A DNA stretch of 64,000 nt from an uncultured delta proteobacterium (GCA_963812015.1 CAWETI010000002.1:1152001-1216000); one strand, 5' to 3'; shown: positions 38,598-52,415, counted from the stretch's first letter. Notes: generated by a model from the letters alone, not told the origin. Numbers and translations are program-made.

Positions 38598-41245
38598 ATG
38601 CACCGACTTATCTCCATCTGCCTTTGCCTCATGTTTCTTGGTTTATCGGGAACTCATGGCTATGCTGCGAAAATGGATCCCCAGGCCACTCCCGACGAAG
38701 AAATGCTGGTTGCCGGCCAGAAGCCGGAAGTTGCCAAAATCAAGGAATTAATGAATGTGGCCAGGACCGATGAGGCTGAGGGTTTTAACATTTCGGCCCT
38801 GAAATCGTACCAGGCGGCCCTGCAGCTCAGCGAGCAGGCCTTGGGGCCGAATACCCTCTGACCGCCGCCTGTATGGCTCAGGTGGCGAGGTTAGATACGC
38901 TCTTTGGTTTCTTTGACAGGGCCTTGCCACTGGCCCAAAGGTCTTTAAAGATCATGGAACAGACCCTGGGGCCGGAGCACCCGCAAACCGCCCAAAGCCT
39001 GATGATCCTGGGGTTCCTTTATGGGCAGATGGGGTCACAGGACAAGGCCGTCCAGATGACCCAGCGAGGTCTGCACATCAGTGAAAAGACGGCGGGGCAG
39101 GAAAATCTGCTCACCGCTGCCGCCCTGAACAATCTGGCGGTGCTTTATTCCCAAATGGGTTCTTATGACCAGGCCTTACCTCTGGCCCAACGTGCCGTGC
39201 AAATCAGAGAAAAGGTGTTGGGCCTGGAAGACATCAAGACCGCCGCCAGCCTCACCAACCTGGGATTTCTCTACCTGGCCAAGAAAGATTATAGCCAGGC
39301 GGAGTCTTGTTTTCGCCGGGTCCAAGGTCAACAAGGCGATAGGGGGATGGTGGAGCTATACCTGGCCACCGGGCAGTACGAAGCAGCTCTGGACACCTTA
39401 ACTCGCCCCCAAACCACTGTCGGCGGTGCTTTTAAGGCATGGAGTAGCCCCCAACGCCAGGCGCTGTATTACACTCAGAAGGGATTGGCGCTTAAGGGGT
39501 TAGGAAAAAGGGAAGAAGCCTGTGCCGCCTTCCTGGAGGCCATCGAAAATATCGAAGGACTGCGTGGCCGCACCCCAGGAGAACGCACCAGCTTCTTCGA
39601 GTCCGGGCTTCTCGGCGGCTATTTCCGAGCCTATCGAGGTATGGTTGTGGTGCTGGTGGAAATGGCTCAGAAAGGCGAGCCTGCTCCGGCAGGCTTGCAG
39701 AACTATGGACCGGATCCAGCAGCAGCGGCCTTCTATTTTTCCGAGGCCATCAAGGCCCGATCACTGCTGGAGGCGATGGCAGCCGGGGCGGTGCGGGTGG
39801 CCCCCCAATTACCCGCGGATTTAGCAGCAAGGGAAAAGAGCTTTCAGGAGCGCGTGGCGGCCTTGGAAGCCCAGAGAATGGAACGCGTGACGACCACGGG
39901 AAAACTCGGTTACGGATGGGATCGGGCTGACCTGCGCGCCCAGCAATTCCAGCTCCAAAGGGAAGCCTTGCAAAGGGAACTGGATGCGTTCGTGACGGAG
40001 CTGCGCCGCCGGGATCCCCGCTATGCCGCCCTGGCCTATCCCCAACCGTATAAGGCCCAGGAGCTGCCCCTGAAGCCTGGAGAGGTCATACTGGAATATG
40101 CCCTGGGGGAGAAGGAGAGCTATATCTTCCGGGTGGAGCCCGGCGGCAAGACCCAGGTCTTCCGCCTGGCCCTGGGCCAAGAGGCCCTGGAGAAGCGCCT
40201 GGGGGCCATGCTGGCGCCCTTTCGCAAGAGCGTCTTGAGGCGGGAGGATTTGTCTCGCTTTTCGGTAAGCGACGCCTCCTCCTTATATCAAGAGATCTTG
40301 GCTCCGGCGCTGTCCGGGGTGAATCCCGGGACCCGGCTGATCATCGTGCCGGATGGCGCCCTGGGGGCCTTCCCCTTCGAGGCGCTGGTGGTTAAGGCAG
40401 GATTGGATTGGGGTAAGTGCACTTCAGTGGGGGACAGTTGGCCGGTAACCTATTCTCAATCCGCCGCCATCCTGGTCCTGAACCGCCAGCTGGGGGCGTC
40501 CCACGCGGCTCAAGCTCTCTTTGCCCTGGGGGACTGCATCTATGAGAAGGGGAGCAGCCGCTATCTGGCCTATAAAGCCGGTCAGGGTCATGCCGGGGAT
40601 CTCATGCATGCAGGACCGGAAAAGGCCATGACCATGGCGGCCACCGACAAGGGCTGGGGCCGCCTGGAGTTTCCGCCCCTGCCGGAGACCCGCCAGACCG
40701 TGTTGGATCTGGCGGCCCTCTTCCAGGAAAAGCCCCAACTGCCCCAGGTACTCTTGGATGTCAACGCCACCGAAACCAAAGTGCGCCAGACCCCTTTAAA
40801 TCAATACCGCTATCTCTTTTTCGGCACCCACGGGTTTTTGGCGGACACATTGGCGGCAGTGAAGGAGCCCACCCTGGTGCTGACCCAGGTGGAGAACAAG
40901 CCTCCCGATGACGGCTTCCTGACCTTCAGCAAGGTGCTGCAACTCAAGCTGGACGCCGACCTGGTCACCCTGGCCGCCTGTATGACCGGGGTAGGCCAGG
41001 TGATGCAGGGGGAGGGGGTTCTCAACTTCGCCCGGGCCTTCCAGCAGGCGGGAGCCCGCAGCGTCATGGTGTCCCTGTGGAATATCCCGGTGGACGAGTC
41101 CATGAAGTTTTACGCGACTTTTTATAAAGCATTGAAGGAGGGGAAATCCAAGACCGAGTCTTTAAAGGCGGCCCGCCAGGCGGTGCGAACTAAAGAACCG
41201 CATCCCTACTTCTGGTCTGGCTTGATCCTGCATGGAGAGGGATGA
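38598..41245 (+). CDS. Secreted TPR-CHAT (caspase-like) protease, split by a one-base frameshift near 38849
   Basis: Signal peptide; TPR repeats LGPEHPQTA; IVPDG.L..FPFEAL, FGTHG, LAAC, HPYFWSG. Confidence 0.85.
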
Positions 41246-41834
41246 ATTCCATGTAACTGCTATCTAGGCGCGGTTTCAATCCAAAATATAAGTACTTGAT
41301 ATGGTTGTCATAGCTGTATCTTAGACTATGCCGGCATCATAGTTTCCAGGGCTTTAGGTCAGGCCTGATCAGGTCTTGGACGATTGCCGGGTGAGTTTCC
41401 TCAAATTCGAGCTTGTTTATCACAACTAGTCCCTGGGCGGCCGGTTCCCGGCCTTCCCCCCCGCGCCTGAAGACCTGGCCACTCCTGCGAAAGACCCCCC
41501 CCGGCGTGAACCGCCAAGCAAAGCTGAAAAATGGCCGGATTAACCTGATGGCTTGCGGATGTCGATAGATAATCATGGGGCGCTGAGTCGCCGGGCTCCG
41601 GGGCTGAGCCTGGTTGAGGCCGTGGGGTGGTAATCCGGGAAAAGGCTGTCCCGTCGGGGGTGGGCCAGGGATAATGTAAACTATGTCTTACCCTCAAGGA
41701 GAATAATTATGGCACCGGGCGATGAAATCGGGTAAACTTACCTATTGTGGCACAAGGTTTTCGTTTGGCAGTTTACTGCTTTACCCGGCGGTACCGCATG
41801 TCCTGGTTTAGCCTGCCGCAGCAAGGAAAGATAC

Positions 41835-42098
41835 ATGTCCAAAATAAAAGAGCGTCCCGAGCTGGGACTGAAATTAGCCATCACCGTAATCCCCTCCAAA
41901 TACCTGGATTGGACCCTGGCCGATATCGCCAGCCATTTCGGCAACGGCCCGCTGTTGTGGCCGGGGGGGGCCGGACGGGGCCAGGGGATCAAATTTGTTC
42001 CCTATGAACTCAAGAAAAAACGGGGTCGCAAACCCAAGCTGAAATTGCCCACGGCCCGGCAGCCCGAAGCCGACCCGGCCCGCAAAACCACAACCTGA
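41835..42098 (+). CDS. Small basic hypothetical protein
   Basis: AAGGA RBS; 87-aa ORF just upstream of uvrA. Confidence 0.5.
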   Translation: MSKIKERPELGLKLAITVIPSKYLDWTLADIASHFGNGPLLWPGGAGRGQGIKFVPYELKKKRGRKPKLKLPTARQPEADPARKTTT

Positions 42099-42132
42099 TT
42101 ATCTCTGTCCGGTTGTCCGACCATAATGAGCG

Positions 42133-44985
<2,853 letters not shown>

Positions 44986-45096
44986 AGCCCCGGCCCTTTC
45001 CCTTACAAAAGACTCCCGCAACCCCCAATCTCTGATGGATGGTCAAGCTGTGGGGTGCGTACCGCGCGCCCAGGTTCATGCCCTCGGAAAAATAAA

Positions 45097-45125
45097 TTGC
45101 AACGAGTAACGATAATCGTTACATT
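45097..45125 (+). promoter_or_regulatory. higBA promoter with palindromic operator
   Basis: TTGCAA-17bp-TACATT; GTAACGAT-A-ATCGTTAC at 45106-45122. Confidence 0.75.
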
Positions 45126-45130
45126 AGAAT

Positions 45131-45412
45131 ATGATCAAAACCTTCCGGCAATTGTGGTTGGAAGAATTCTGGCATACCGGCAAACACAAACGGGTGCCGT
45201 CGGTTCTGGAAGCCCGGCTCCTGCGCAAACTGGATATGCTTAACCGGGCCACAGCCCAGAAAGACCTGCAGGCGCCTCCGGCCAATCGCCTCCATGCCTT
45301 ATCAGGCGACCGGGTGGGGCAGTGGGCCATCTCAGTCAGCGGTTCCTGGAGATTATGTTTTCGGTTTGCAGAAGGTGATATTTTTGAGCTGGAGCTGGTT
45401 CAATACCATTAG
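45131..45412 (+). CDS. higB: HigB toxin (RelE/ParE superfamily)
   Basis: MIKTFR, DLQAPPANRLHALSGDRVGQWAISV...WRLCFRF, VQYH. Confidence 0.93.
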   Translation: MIKTFRQLWLEEFWHTGKHKRVPSVLEARLLRKLDMLNRATAQKDLQAPPANRLHALSGDRVGQWAISVSGSWRLCFRFAEGDIFELELVQYH

Positions 45413-45423
45413 AGGAGGAGATC

Positions 45424-45729
45424 ATGTTACCCAGAAGCCGGCGTCCCACTTCGCCGGGAGATATCCTGCGCCATGAATTTTTGGCGCCTTTGGGCCTTAG
45501 CCAGAAGGAATTGGCGGAGGCTTTGGGGATTACCCGGGTTCGCCTCAGTGAGATTCTCCGGGGTAAGCGGGCCGTTACGCCGGACACGGCCATTCGTCTG
45601 GCGCGATTCTTTGAAACGACTCCGGAGTTCTGGATCGGCCTGCAATCTGACGTTAGCCTCTGGGACACGCTGCAGGTGCATAGGGCGGAATATGAGAAGA
45701 TTAAGCCCGTGAGGGCGGCGGTGTCATGA
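45424..45729 (+). CDS. higA: HigA antitoxin (Xre HTH)
   Basis: PGDILRHEFL..SQKELA..VTPDTAIRLARFF.TTPEFW. Confidence 0.93.
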   Translation: MLPRSRRPTSPGDILRHEFLAPLGLSQKELAEALGITRVRLSEILRGKRAVTPDTAIRLARFFETTPEFWIGLQSDVSLWDTLQVHRAEYEKIKPVRAAVS

Positions 45730-45999
45730 GGGATAAAGAATCTCCCCCCTCGTTTCCAAGTTAAACTGGGGAACGAGACCCGTAAGGTGCACACGGCGCC
45801 GCAGGCATTGCCGGTTCTTACCGCAAAAATTAAAGGCCGCCCTCGCGCTCGGCCCCTGACAAAAAAAGCACCGGCAAGATGCCTGTGCCACTAAAAAAGG
45901 GGCTTCTCTAAACAGTGGGAAACCGATTTTGGGCCCGCCGATAATGGACCGCCAATCCCTAAACCCTACCCGCTAACTGCTAACTGCTGACCGCTATCC

Positions 46000-46635
46000 T
46001 CACCCCTCCCCCATCGTCAGGTTGTAGGCCAGGTTGTCGAGCTTGACGGTGAAGTCGACGTTTTCCACCGCCATGCCTTCCGGCACCTGGAGTTGGATGG
46101 GGGCAAAATTGAGGATGGCTTTGACGCCCGAGGAGATGAGGCGCAGGGCCGCCATTTGGGCCTTGGCGGCGGGGGTGGCGATGACCCCGATCTCGACGCC
46201 TTTTTCTTTCACCACCTGCTCCAGCTCTTCGGTGGAGTGGATGATCTGGCCGCTGGGCACCCGGCGTCCCACTTTGGCCGGGTCGACGTCGAAGACCGCC
46301 ACGAACTCGTAGCCCTGGCGGATAAAATTCTGATGGGCCAAGAGCGCCGAGCCCAGGTTGCCGATGCCCACCAGGGCCATCTTCCAGGTCTTGTTGAGAC
46401 CCAGGATGCGCTTGATTTCGAAGAGCAACTCCTTGACGAAGTACCCCACCCCCCGGATGCCGAACTCTCCGAAGTAGGCCAGGTCCTTGCGAATCTGGGC
46501 CGGGTTGATGCCGCACTTCAGGGCCAGCTTGTCCGAGGCGATAATTTTCACCCCTTCCTGGGACAAGGCCTCAAGGTAGCGGGAGTAAATGGACAAGCGG
46601 GTAATGGTGGCTGTGGGTATCTTGGAGAATTTCAT
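46000..46635 (-). CDS. rex: Redox-sensing repressor Rex
   Basis: IPTATITRLSIY, QIRKDLAYFGEFGIRGVGY, GIGNLG, ILNFAP. Confidence 0.97.
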   Translation of the reverse strand: MKFSKIPTATITRLSIYSRYLEALSQEGVKIIASDKLALKCGINPAQIRKDLAYFGEFGIRGVGYFVKELLFEIKRILGLNKTWKMALVGIGNLGSALLAHQNFIRQGYEFVAVFDVDPAKVGRRVPSGQIIHSTEELEQVVKEKGVEIGVIATPAAKAQMAALRLISSGVKAILNFAPIQLQVPEGMAVENVDFTVKLDNLAYNLTMGEG

Positions 46636-46677
46636 AGCTGATCGCATGGGTTGGTGACTACGTATTTTCGACTATCC

Positions 46678-46695
46678 TTGTGGAAATTTGCACAA
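46678..46695. promoter_or_regulatory. Rex operator upstream of rex
   Basis: TTGTGGAAATTTGCACAA = TTGTG-N8-CACAA. Confidence 0.8.
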
Positions 46696-46706
46696 ATCCT
46701 GGCCGA

Positions 46707-46732
46707 GAAAAGGGGGGCACAGGGCCCCCCTT
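46707..46732 (-). terminator. Terminator after atpE
   Basis: Minus strand AAGGGGGGC-loop-GCCCCCCTTTT. Confidence 0.7.
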
Positions 46733-46747
46733 CCGAGTTTCAGTTCA

Positions 46748-47128
46748 TTACATCTTGAAGCCCAGGGCCGTGGCAATGGGTTTGGCCATGGGGTAAGCGT
46801 ACAGAATGATCAGGGCGACGACCAGAGCGTAAATACACAGAGACTCGATCATGGCCAAGCCGATCAGCATAGTGACGGTGATTTTTCCGGAAGCCTCGGG
46901 GTTACGGGCGATGCCTTCCACCGAGCTCTTCACGGCCATGCCCTGGCCGATGCCGGTACCGAAAGCGGCAATGCCGATGCCAAAGCCGGCGGCCATTACC
47001 GCATAGCTGAAAAAGGTCCCCAAGCCGGCGGAAGATGCGCCAGCCGCGCCGGGCTCGGTCGCCAGAGCCAAAGAAGCCCAAAGCAGGGTTACCAGCATGC
47101 TCAGTCCAAGAACCAGGGATTTTCTCAT
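46748..47128 (-). CDS. atpE: ATP synthase Fo subunit c with an N-terminal signal-like extension
   Basis: [19 protein letters not shown]. Confidence 0.95.
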   Translation of the reverse strand: MRKSLVLGLSMLVTLLWASLALATEPGAAGASSAGLGTFFSYAVMAAGFGIGIAAFGTGIGQGMAVKSSVEGIARNPEASGKITVTMLIGLAMIESLCIYALVVALIILYAYPMAKPIATALGFKM

Positions 47129-47183
47129 TTCCTTAAACCTCCTCAAATGATGTTGAGATATGTAAAGTGGCCTTCTTCCAAGA

Positions 47184-47861
47184 TTAATGGGCGTGCTCCA
47201 TGGACCCGGCAAAGTACATCATGGACAGCAGGGTGAAGACGAATGCCTGCACGACGCTGGTGAAGACCGCCAGGAACATCATGGGCAGGGGAGCCAGGAA
47301 GCTCCCGGCCAGGAACAGCAGGATGGCCAGGACCAAATCTTCCCCCATGATATTGCCAAAAAGACGCAAAGTCAGGGAGAGGACCCGGGCAAAGTGGCCG
47401 ATGATCTCAATGATGAAAAACAGCGGTGCCAGGGCCGGGATGGGCCCTAAAAAGTGCTTGATATATTTCGCCCCGTGGTACTTGACCCCTAAGTAGTGGG
47501 TATAAACGAAGGTGCACAAGGCCAGTGACAGGGTGATGTTGATATTGGACGTGGGAGACAGAAAACCCGGGATCAAGCCGATCAAGTTGCAGAACATGAT
47601 GAACAGGAAAAAGCTGGCAATGAACGGGAAGAAGGCCCGGCCCTCTTCGCCGGTGACATCCACCATGAACTCTTCCAGGCCGCCCACTATCAGCTCAAAG
47701 ACATTCTGGGCACCCTTGGGCACGAGGGTTATCTGGCGGCTGGCCAGCCAGCCCAAGCCCAGGAGGATGAGAGAGACCAACACGGCATAACTGAGATGCG
47801 GCGGAATGTGCAGGCCGAATTGCCCAAAAAGTAAATCAAGAAATAGAATGGGGTGTTCCAT
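47184..47861 (-). CDS. atpB: ATP synthase Fo subunit a
   Basis: [24 protein letters not shown]. Confidence 0.97.
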   Translation of the reverse strand: MEHPILFLDLLFGQFGLHIPPHLSYAVLVSLILLGLGWLASRQITLVPKGAQNVFELIVGGLEEFMVDVTGEEGRAFFPFIASFFLFIMFCNLIGLIPGFLSPTSNINITLSLALCTFVYTHYLGVKYHGAKYIKHFLGPIPALAPLFFIIEIIGHFARVLSLTLRLFGNIMGEDLVLAILLFLAGSFLAPLPMMFLAVFTSVVQAFVFTLLSMMYFAGSMEHAH

Positions 47862-48267
47862 GGGACGGGTTTGCCTCCTTATTCTTGAGCTTGATCGTTT
47901 CGTTCAGCGCGGCCAGCATCAGGGTTATGACCACCGTGGATAGTCCCACCAGCAGCCCAAAGATGTTGACCCAACCTTGACTGACTAACAGAAAAATAAT
48001 CGCCAGCAGCACAAAAAAGCGCAGCAGTTGCCGGGCGGCGAACCAGGCCTTGGCCCGGCTCGAATCCTCCTGGGGATTATGCGCCATTGGCTCCAGCATA
48101 CCTCTCAAGGCCTGATGCAGGAAGTGGAAGTTGACGACCACCACCAGCCCCCCCACCAGAACTCCCAGGGCAAATTCCCGGCCACCCCAGAAGAACCCGG
48201 CCATGACCAGTACCGCCAGGACTGACCAGTTGGCGATTTTTAAATACCGAGGGGTCAAAATATCCAT
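47836..48267 (-). CDS. atpI: ATP synthase protein I
   Basis: Four-TM protein upstream of atpB; GLSTVV. Confidence 0.8.
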   Translation of the reverse strand: MDILTPRYLKIANWSVLAVLVMAGFFWGGREFALGVLVGGLVVVVNFHFLHQALRGMLEPMAHNPQEDSSRAKAWFAARQLLRFFVLLAIIFLLVSQGWVNIFGLLVGLSTVVITLMLAALNETIKLKNKEANPSHGTPHSIS

Positions 48268-48275
48268 GGAGCCCC

Positions 48276-48509
48276 TCACTGCTTATCCTGGAATTTCTTG
48301 CCCGTAATATAGACGTTGCGGAATCCGGCAATGATTCCGAAAATCAACCCGATGATCTTAAACAGATAGCCGGTGCCAAAGTAGTTGTCGAGCAAATAGC
48401 CGAAGAAACCGCCGAGAAAGATGGCGATCACCAGGGACATGCCGATGGCGCTGGCCTGATAGCCCCCGGTGAAGAGTTCTTTTAAAAATTTCTTGGTGTC
48501 TTCCTTCAA
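48276..48509 (-). CDS. AtpZ/AtpI family small membrane protein
   Basis: GYLLDNYFGT..GIIAGFRN. Confidence 0.85.
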   Translation of the reverse strand: MKEDTKKFLKELFTGGYQASAIGMSLVIAIFLGGFFGYLLDNYFGTGYLFKIIGLIFGIIAGFRNVYITGKKFQDKQ

Positions 48510-48726
48510 CGCGCTCCCACCCAGGTTTGTCCCCCGGAGAAAATGATTCTTTTCACATGTGCCTACCTATCATACCCCCACCCTATAGTCAATATTTTTT
48601 GGCAAAAAGGTGGCGAGAAAATAGTTGACCGGATTGCCTAATTATATGTGCCAGTTATATCTGGTCCCAGTACCGGCCGGCGACTGCGGGGTTGAGGCCG
48701 GCCTCCCGCCTTTGTGCTTTTATTCT

Positions 48727-51321
48727 CTAAGTCTGGCTTTCCCGGTTGGCGTCCGGCGACTCCCGGTGAACCGGAAGTTCAATGACAAAGACCGTGCCCT
48801 CGGTCCCGGTCCGTTCCACGTAGACCCGTCCCAAGTGTTTCTGGATAATGCCATAGCTGATGGACAATCCCAGGCCCACGCCCTTGCCCACGTCCTTGGT
48901 GGTGAAGAACGGATCGAAGAGGCGGCTGAGATGGTGTTCCGGGATGCCGGGGCCGGTGTCCTCAAAGCGGATAAGCACCAGGTCGCCGCCTTTGGCCACC
49001 TCGGTGCTGACCGTGAGTCGGCCCTCGCCCTGCATGGACTCGCCGCTGTTCATCAGTAAATTGATGAAGACCTGCTCCAGCTTGCTTTTGTCGCCCAAGA
49101 CGGGGGGCAGGTGCGGATCGAGTTCTCGGATGAGCAGGATGCTCTGGAAGTGGAGATGGTTCTCCACCAGGGAGATCACTTCTTCCAGAACGGCGTTGAT
49201 ATTCAGGGGCACCATTTTGGAGGGCATGTGCCGGGAGAACTCCAGCAGTCCCTGGACGATCTCCTTGCAGCGGGTGGCTTCCTTGACGATCTTCTCCACC
49301 TGGCTCCGTTCCGGCACGCCCGGCGCCAGGTCCTCCAGAAGCAGGTAGCTGTAAACCAGGATGCCCCCCAACGGATTGTTAATTTCATGGGCCACCCCGG
49401 CGGCCAGCTGTCCCAGGGCCGCCAGCTTTTCGGTGCGGCTTAAATGCTCCTCCAGGTGCTTCTTGTGGGTGATGTCCCGGATATGCGTCTGGATGGCCGG
49501 TTGGCCTCCGTAGGTGGTGGGAAAAGAGACGCCCTCCAGGTCGAACCTGCTGCCGTCCTTTTTGACCCCCTTCATTTCAAAGATGCGGGGGGTGGAAGAG
49601 CGGCGCTCCAACTGCGTCTGCCACCGAGCCACCACCTGGCGGTACTGGGGGTCCACGAATTGCAGGAGAGACCGGTCCAGCATCTCCTCGGGTTCCCGGT
49701 AGTTGAACATCTGGAGGCAGGCCCGGTTCACGTACAAGAGCTTCATGTCGCGGTGGAGGACGATGCCGTCCAGGGAGGTTTCCACCAGGCGGCGGAATTT
49801 TTCTTCGGAATCCGTAAGTTCCCGGGAGAGTTGTTCCCGCTTGGTCATGTCCAGAATGACCTGCACCGCCCCCTGGATACGGCCCTCATCGTCATAGATG
49901 GGGGAGGCGGTATGGTAAAGATAGCGCTCCCGGCCCCGAAAGTTGGGAAAATACTCATAGGCCTCGTAGGCTCCCGGCAGGTTGGGAGAAGGCTTGAGAT
50001 TCTTATCCCCGAAGAACTTCTCCAGGGCCTTGATGTTTTGCTCCACCACCAGGGAGGCCATGGACGGCCGTTCATGGGTGTAAAAGGGCAGCCAGTAGCG
50101 ATAGGTCCCCACCATCTCATGCCGGGAAAACCCGGTCAATTCCTCGCAGGCCCGGTTCCAGTAGATGATGCGGTGGGCCCGGTCAATGACGAAGGTGGGC
50201 ACCGGCAGACCTTCGAGAATGCCTTCGGTGGTCTTCTTTTCCCGCAGGGATTCCCATTCCTTGCGCTTGCGTTCGGTTATATTTTTGAGGATGCCTTCGT
50301 AACCGGTAATGCGGCCTTCAGGGTTCCGACGGACGATGCCGGTGAGGAGGACGTGGACCTGGCCGCCGCCCTGGGGCGCCAGGGTCAATTCCAGGTCCCG
50401 GATGTAGTCCTCCACTTCCACTTTGAGCTGAAAACGTTCCCAGTCCCGGGGGTCTTGAAAGATTTCCCGGAGATGGGGGAGGCTGAGGGCCTCAGCCTTG
50501 GAGGAAAATTTGAGGAGTTCGACGCCGGCCGGGTTGAGATCCAGGAGGCGGCCTTCCCGGTCGGTGACGAAAATCGTATCCTTGGAGCCTTCAAAGATGC
50601 GGCGGTAGCGCCGTTCCGAGCGCCGCAACTCGTGGGACAGGCGGGCGTTTTCTATGGCCAGGCCGATCTGGTTGCCCAGGATGCCGAGGAAATGCTTTTG
50701 TCGCCGGGACGACCGGAAGGGTTTGGCATTCTCCGCCGCCAGATTGAGAAACCCGGTGACATCGTCCCGATACCGCAAGGGGATGCTGACCACCGCCTGA
50801 AACCTGGGGTCATGCCGGATCAGATCGGTAAAGGTGGAGGATACCAGGCGAGCATCGTTGCTCACATCGGTAATGATCAAGGGTGCGACGGCCCGGGACA
50901 GGTCGGGTCCCATCAGGGTCTCCAGCGTCCGGCCGGAGAGTCGGCCCAGATACTCCTGGGGAAAGCCCCGGGAGGCGGCGTAGGTCAGGCGTTGGCGCAC
51001 CCGGTCCCAGAACAGGAACAAACCGGCCTCAATGTGGAAAAATTCCAGAACGGCGGAGAGGACCTCGTTGGTGATCGCCTGGAGATCCAGGGTATGCGAC
51101 GCAATGGTGGCGATTTGATTGAACAGGTTGAGTTCCCGGCGGTGTTCCTTCTCCCCCGATTCTGGCTGATCCAATTCCTCAATGGCGTCTACGGCTGCTG
51201 GTTCCGCCATTTCCGGGTCTCCTTGGGTGTCCACGTAGCTTGGTTGACCGCGCGGTTCATCTGTCAGCGCGGCGACCTCGGCGCCTTCTTCGGTAATTAA
51301 ACTCTTTGATGACAACGTCAA
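48727..51321 (-). CDS. Cytoplasmic GAF-PAS-PAS-PAS histidine kinase (NtrB-like); start may be 51210
   Basis: AAGVAHEINNPL, QVFINLLMN, DTGPGI, DPFFTTK, GLGLSISYGI. Confidence 0.93.
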   Translation of the reverse strand: MTLSSKSLITEEGAEVAALTDEPRGQPSYVDTQGDPEMAEPAAVDAIEELDQPESGEKEHRRELNLFNQIATIASHTLDLQAITNEVLSAVLEFFHIEAGLFLFWDRVRQRLTYAASRGFPQEYLGRLSGRTLETLMGPDLSRAVAPLIITDVSNDARLVSSTFTDLIRHDPRFQAVVSIPLRYRDDVTGFLNLAAENAKPFRSSRRQKHFLGILGNQIGLAIENARLSHELRRSERRYRRIFEGSKDTIFVTDREGRLLDLNPAGVELLKFSSKAEALSLPHLREIFQDPRDWERFQLKVEVEDYIRDLELTLAPQGGGQVHVLLTGIVRRNPEGRITGYEGILKNITERKRKEWESLREKKTTEGILEGLPVPTFVIDRAHRIIYWNRACEELTGFSRHEMVGTYRYWLPFYTHERPSMASLVVEQNIKALEKFFGDKNLKPSPNLPGAYEAYEYFPNFRGRERYLYHTASPIYDDEGRIQGAVQVILDMTKREQLSRELTDSEEKFRRLVETSLDGIVLHRDMKLLYVNRACLQMFNYREPEEMLDRSLLQFVDPQYRQVVARWQTQLERRSSTPRIFEMKGVKKDGSRFDLEGVSFPTTYGGQPAIQTHIRDITHKKHLEEHLSRTEKLAALGQLAAGVAHEINNPLGGILVYSYLLLEDLAPGVPERSQVEKIVKEATRCKEIVQGLLEFSRHMPSKMVPLNINAVLEEVISLVENHLHFQSILLIRELDPHLPPVLGDKSKLEQVFINLLMNSGESMQGEGRLTVSTEVAKGGDLVLIRFEDTGPGIPEHHLSRLFDPFFTTKDVGKGVGLGLSISYGIIQKHLGRVYVERTGTEGTVFVIELPVHRESPDANRESQT

Positions 51322-51502
51322 ACCTCTGCGGGACTACCCAAGGCCATACGGGCGCGATAAGCGCCCCCACGGGAATCTTTCCCAATTCTTCCCGTAAGAT
51401 GAATCCCACCTTCAGGTTATCATACCAGAAGTGGGGCACCGAAAGGAAGGGGGTGGGCCGGCGGGGTGCGTTGAGGAGAGGGAAACCGACCGTAGTGAGA
51501 GC

Positions 51503-52114
51503 TTAATGGGCCTCGGGGAGAAACCGAGAAGCCAGTTGAGGCCAGAGCTGGGAGGTGCGGCAGCGGGCGGCCTGGACGACGGCCTTGAGGTGGGCCAGGG
51601 CGGTGGCCTTATCGTCGTTGATCACCAGATAGTCATACCAGTGGACTTCTTTGAGTTCGGCCCGGCCATTGGCAAGGCGGCGGGCCAGTTCCTCGAGGTC
51701 CAGGCCCCCCCGGCCCTTAAGGCGCCGTTCCAATTCTTCCAGGCTGGGGGGCAGGATGAAGATCAAGGTCGCCTGGGGAAATTCGTGCTTGAGGGCCTGG
51801 GCCCCCCGGGAATCCAGATCGAAGACCAGGTCCGCCCCTTGGCGCACGGTCTCCAGGACCCACTCCCGGGAGGTGCCGTAGCCATAGCCGAACTGTTCCA
51901 CCCATTCCGCCAGGGCGCCCGTATCCCTGAGCCGCCGGAATTCGTCCGGGCTGACAAAGAAATAGTCCTTCCCGTCAACCTCTGACGGGCGCCGGGGCCG
52001 GGTAGTGTAGGAAATGGAGAATCGGAGCCTGGGGTCCTCGGCCATCAACGGTTTGAGCAGGGTAGTCTTCCCCGTCCCGGAAGGGGCGGTTATGACGAAG
52101 ATTTCCCCGGGCAC
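51503..52114 (-). CDS. gmk: Guanylate kinase
   Basis: APSGTGKTT, SYTTRPRR.SEVDGKDYFF, IFILPPS. Confidence 0.95.
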   Translation of the reverse strand: MPGEIFVITAPSGTGKTTLLKPLMAEDPRLRFSISYTTRPRRPSEVDGKDYFFVSPDEFRRLRDTGALAEWVEQFGYGYGTSREWVLETVRQGADLVFDLDSRGAQALKHEFPQATLIFILPPSLEELERRLKGRGGLDLEELARRLANGRAELKEVHWYDYLVINDDKATALAHLKAVVQAARCRTSQLWPQLASRFLPEAH

Positions 52115-52396
52115 CTAAATGTCCTTTTCTCCCGGGTCAGGCCGGGGGGCGGCGCCATGGCCGTTTAAGCGCAGGGAGAGGGTCTCGGCGTGCACCGCCG
52201 ACAGGATGATGTGGTTGCTGTCGGTAACGATGATGGAGCGGGTTTTGCGGCCTTGGGTGGCGTCGATGAGACGGTCGGCCTGGGTGGCCCGCTCGCGCAG
52301 GCGTTTCATGGGAGCGGAGCCCGGCATGACTACCGCCACCACCCGGTGGGAGATTACGGTATTGCCGAAACCGATGTTGATTAAGCGCCCATCCAT
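52115..52396 (-). CDS. remA: RemA/DUF370 family protein
   Basis: [27 protein letters not shown]. Confidence 0.9.
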   Translation of the reverse strand: MDGRLINIGFGNTVISHRVVAVVMPGSAPMKRLRERATQADRLIDATQGRKTRSIIVTDSNHIILSAVHAETLSLRLNGHGAAPRPDPGEKDI

Positions 52397-52415
52397 GATT
52401 GATTATCCCCCTAAT

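Noticed and set aside
38859..38861. TGA as selenocysteine or read-through
   Set aside because: The downstream ORF is in a different frame, so a frameshift explains it
48561..48592. TTGACT/TATGAT promoter for the atp operon
   Set aside because: Spacer is only 12 bp
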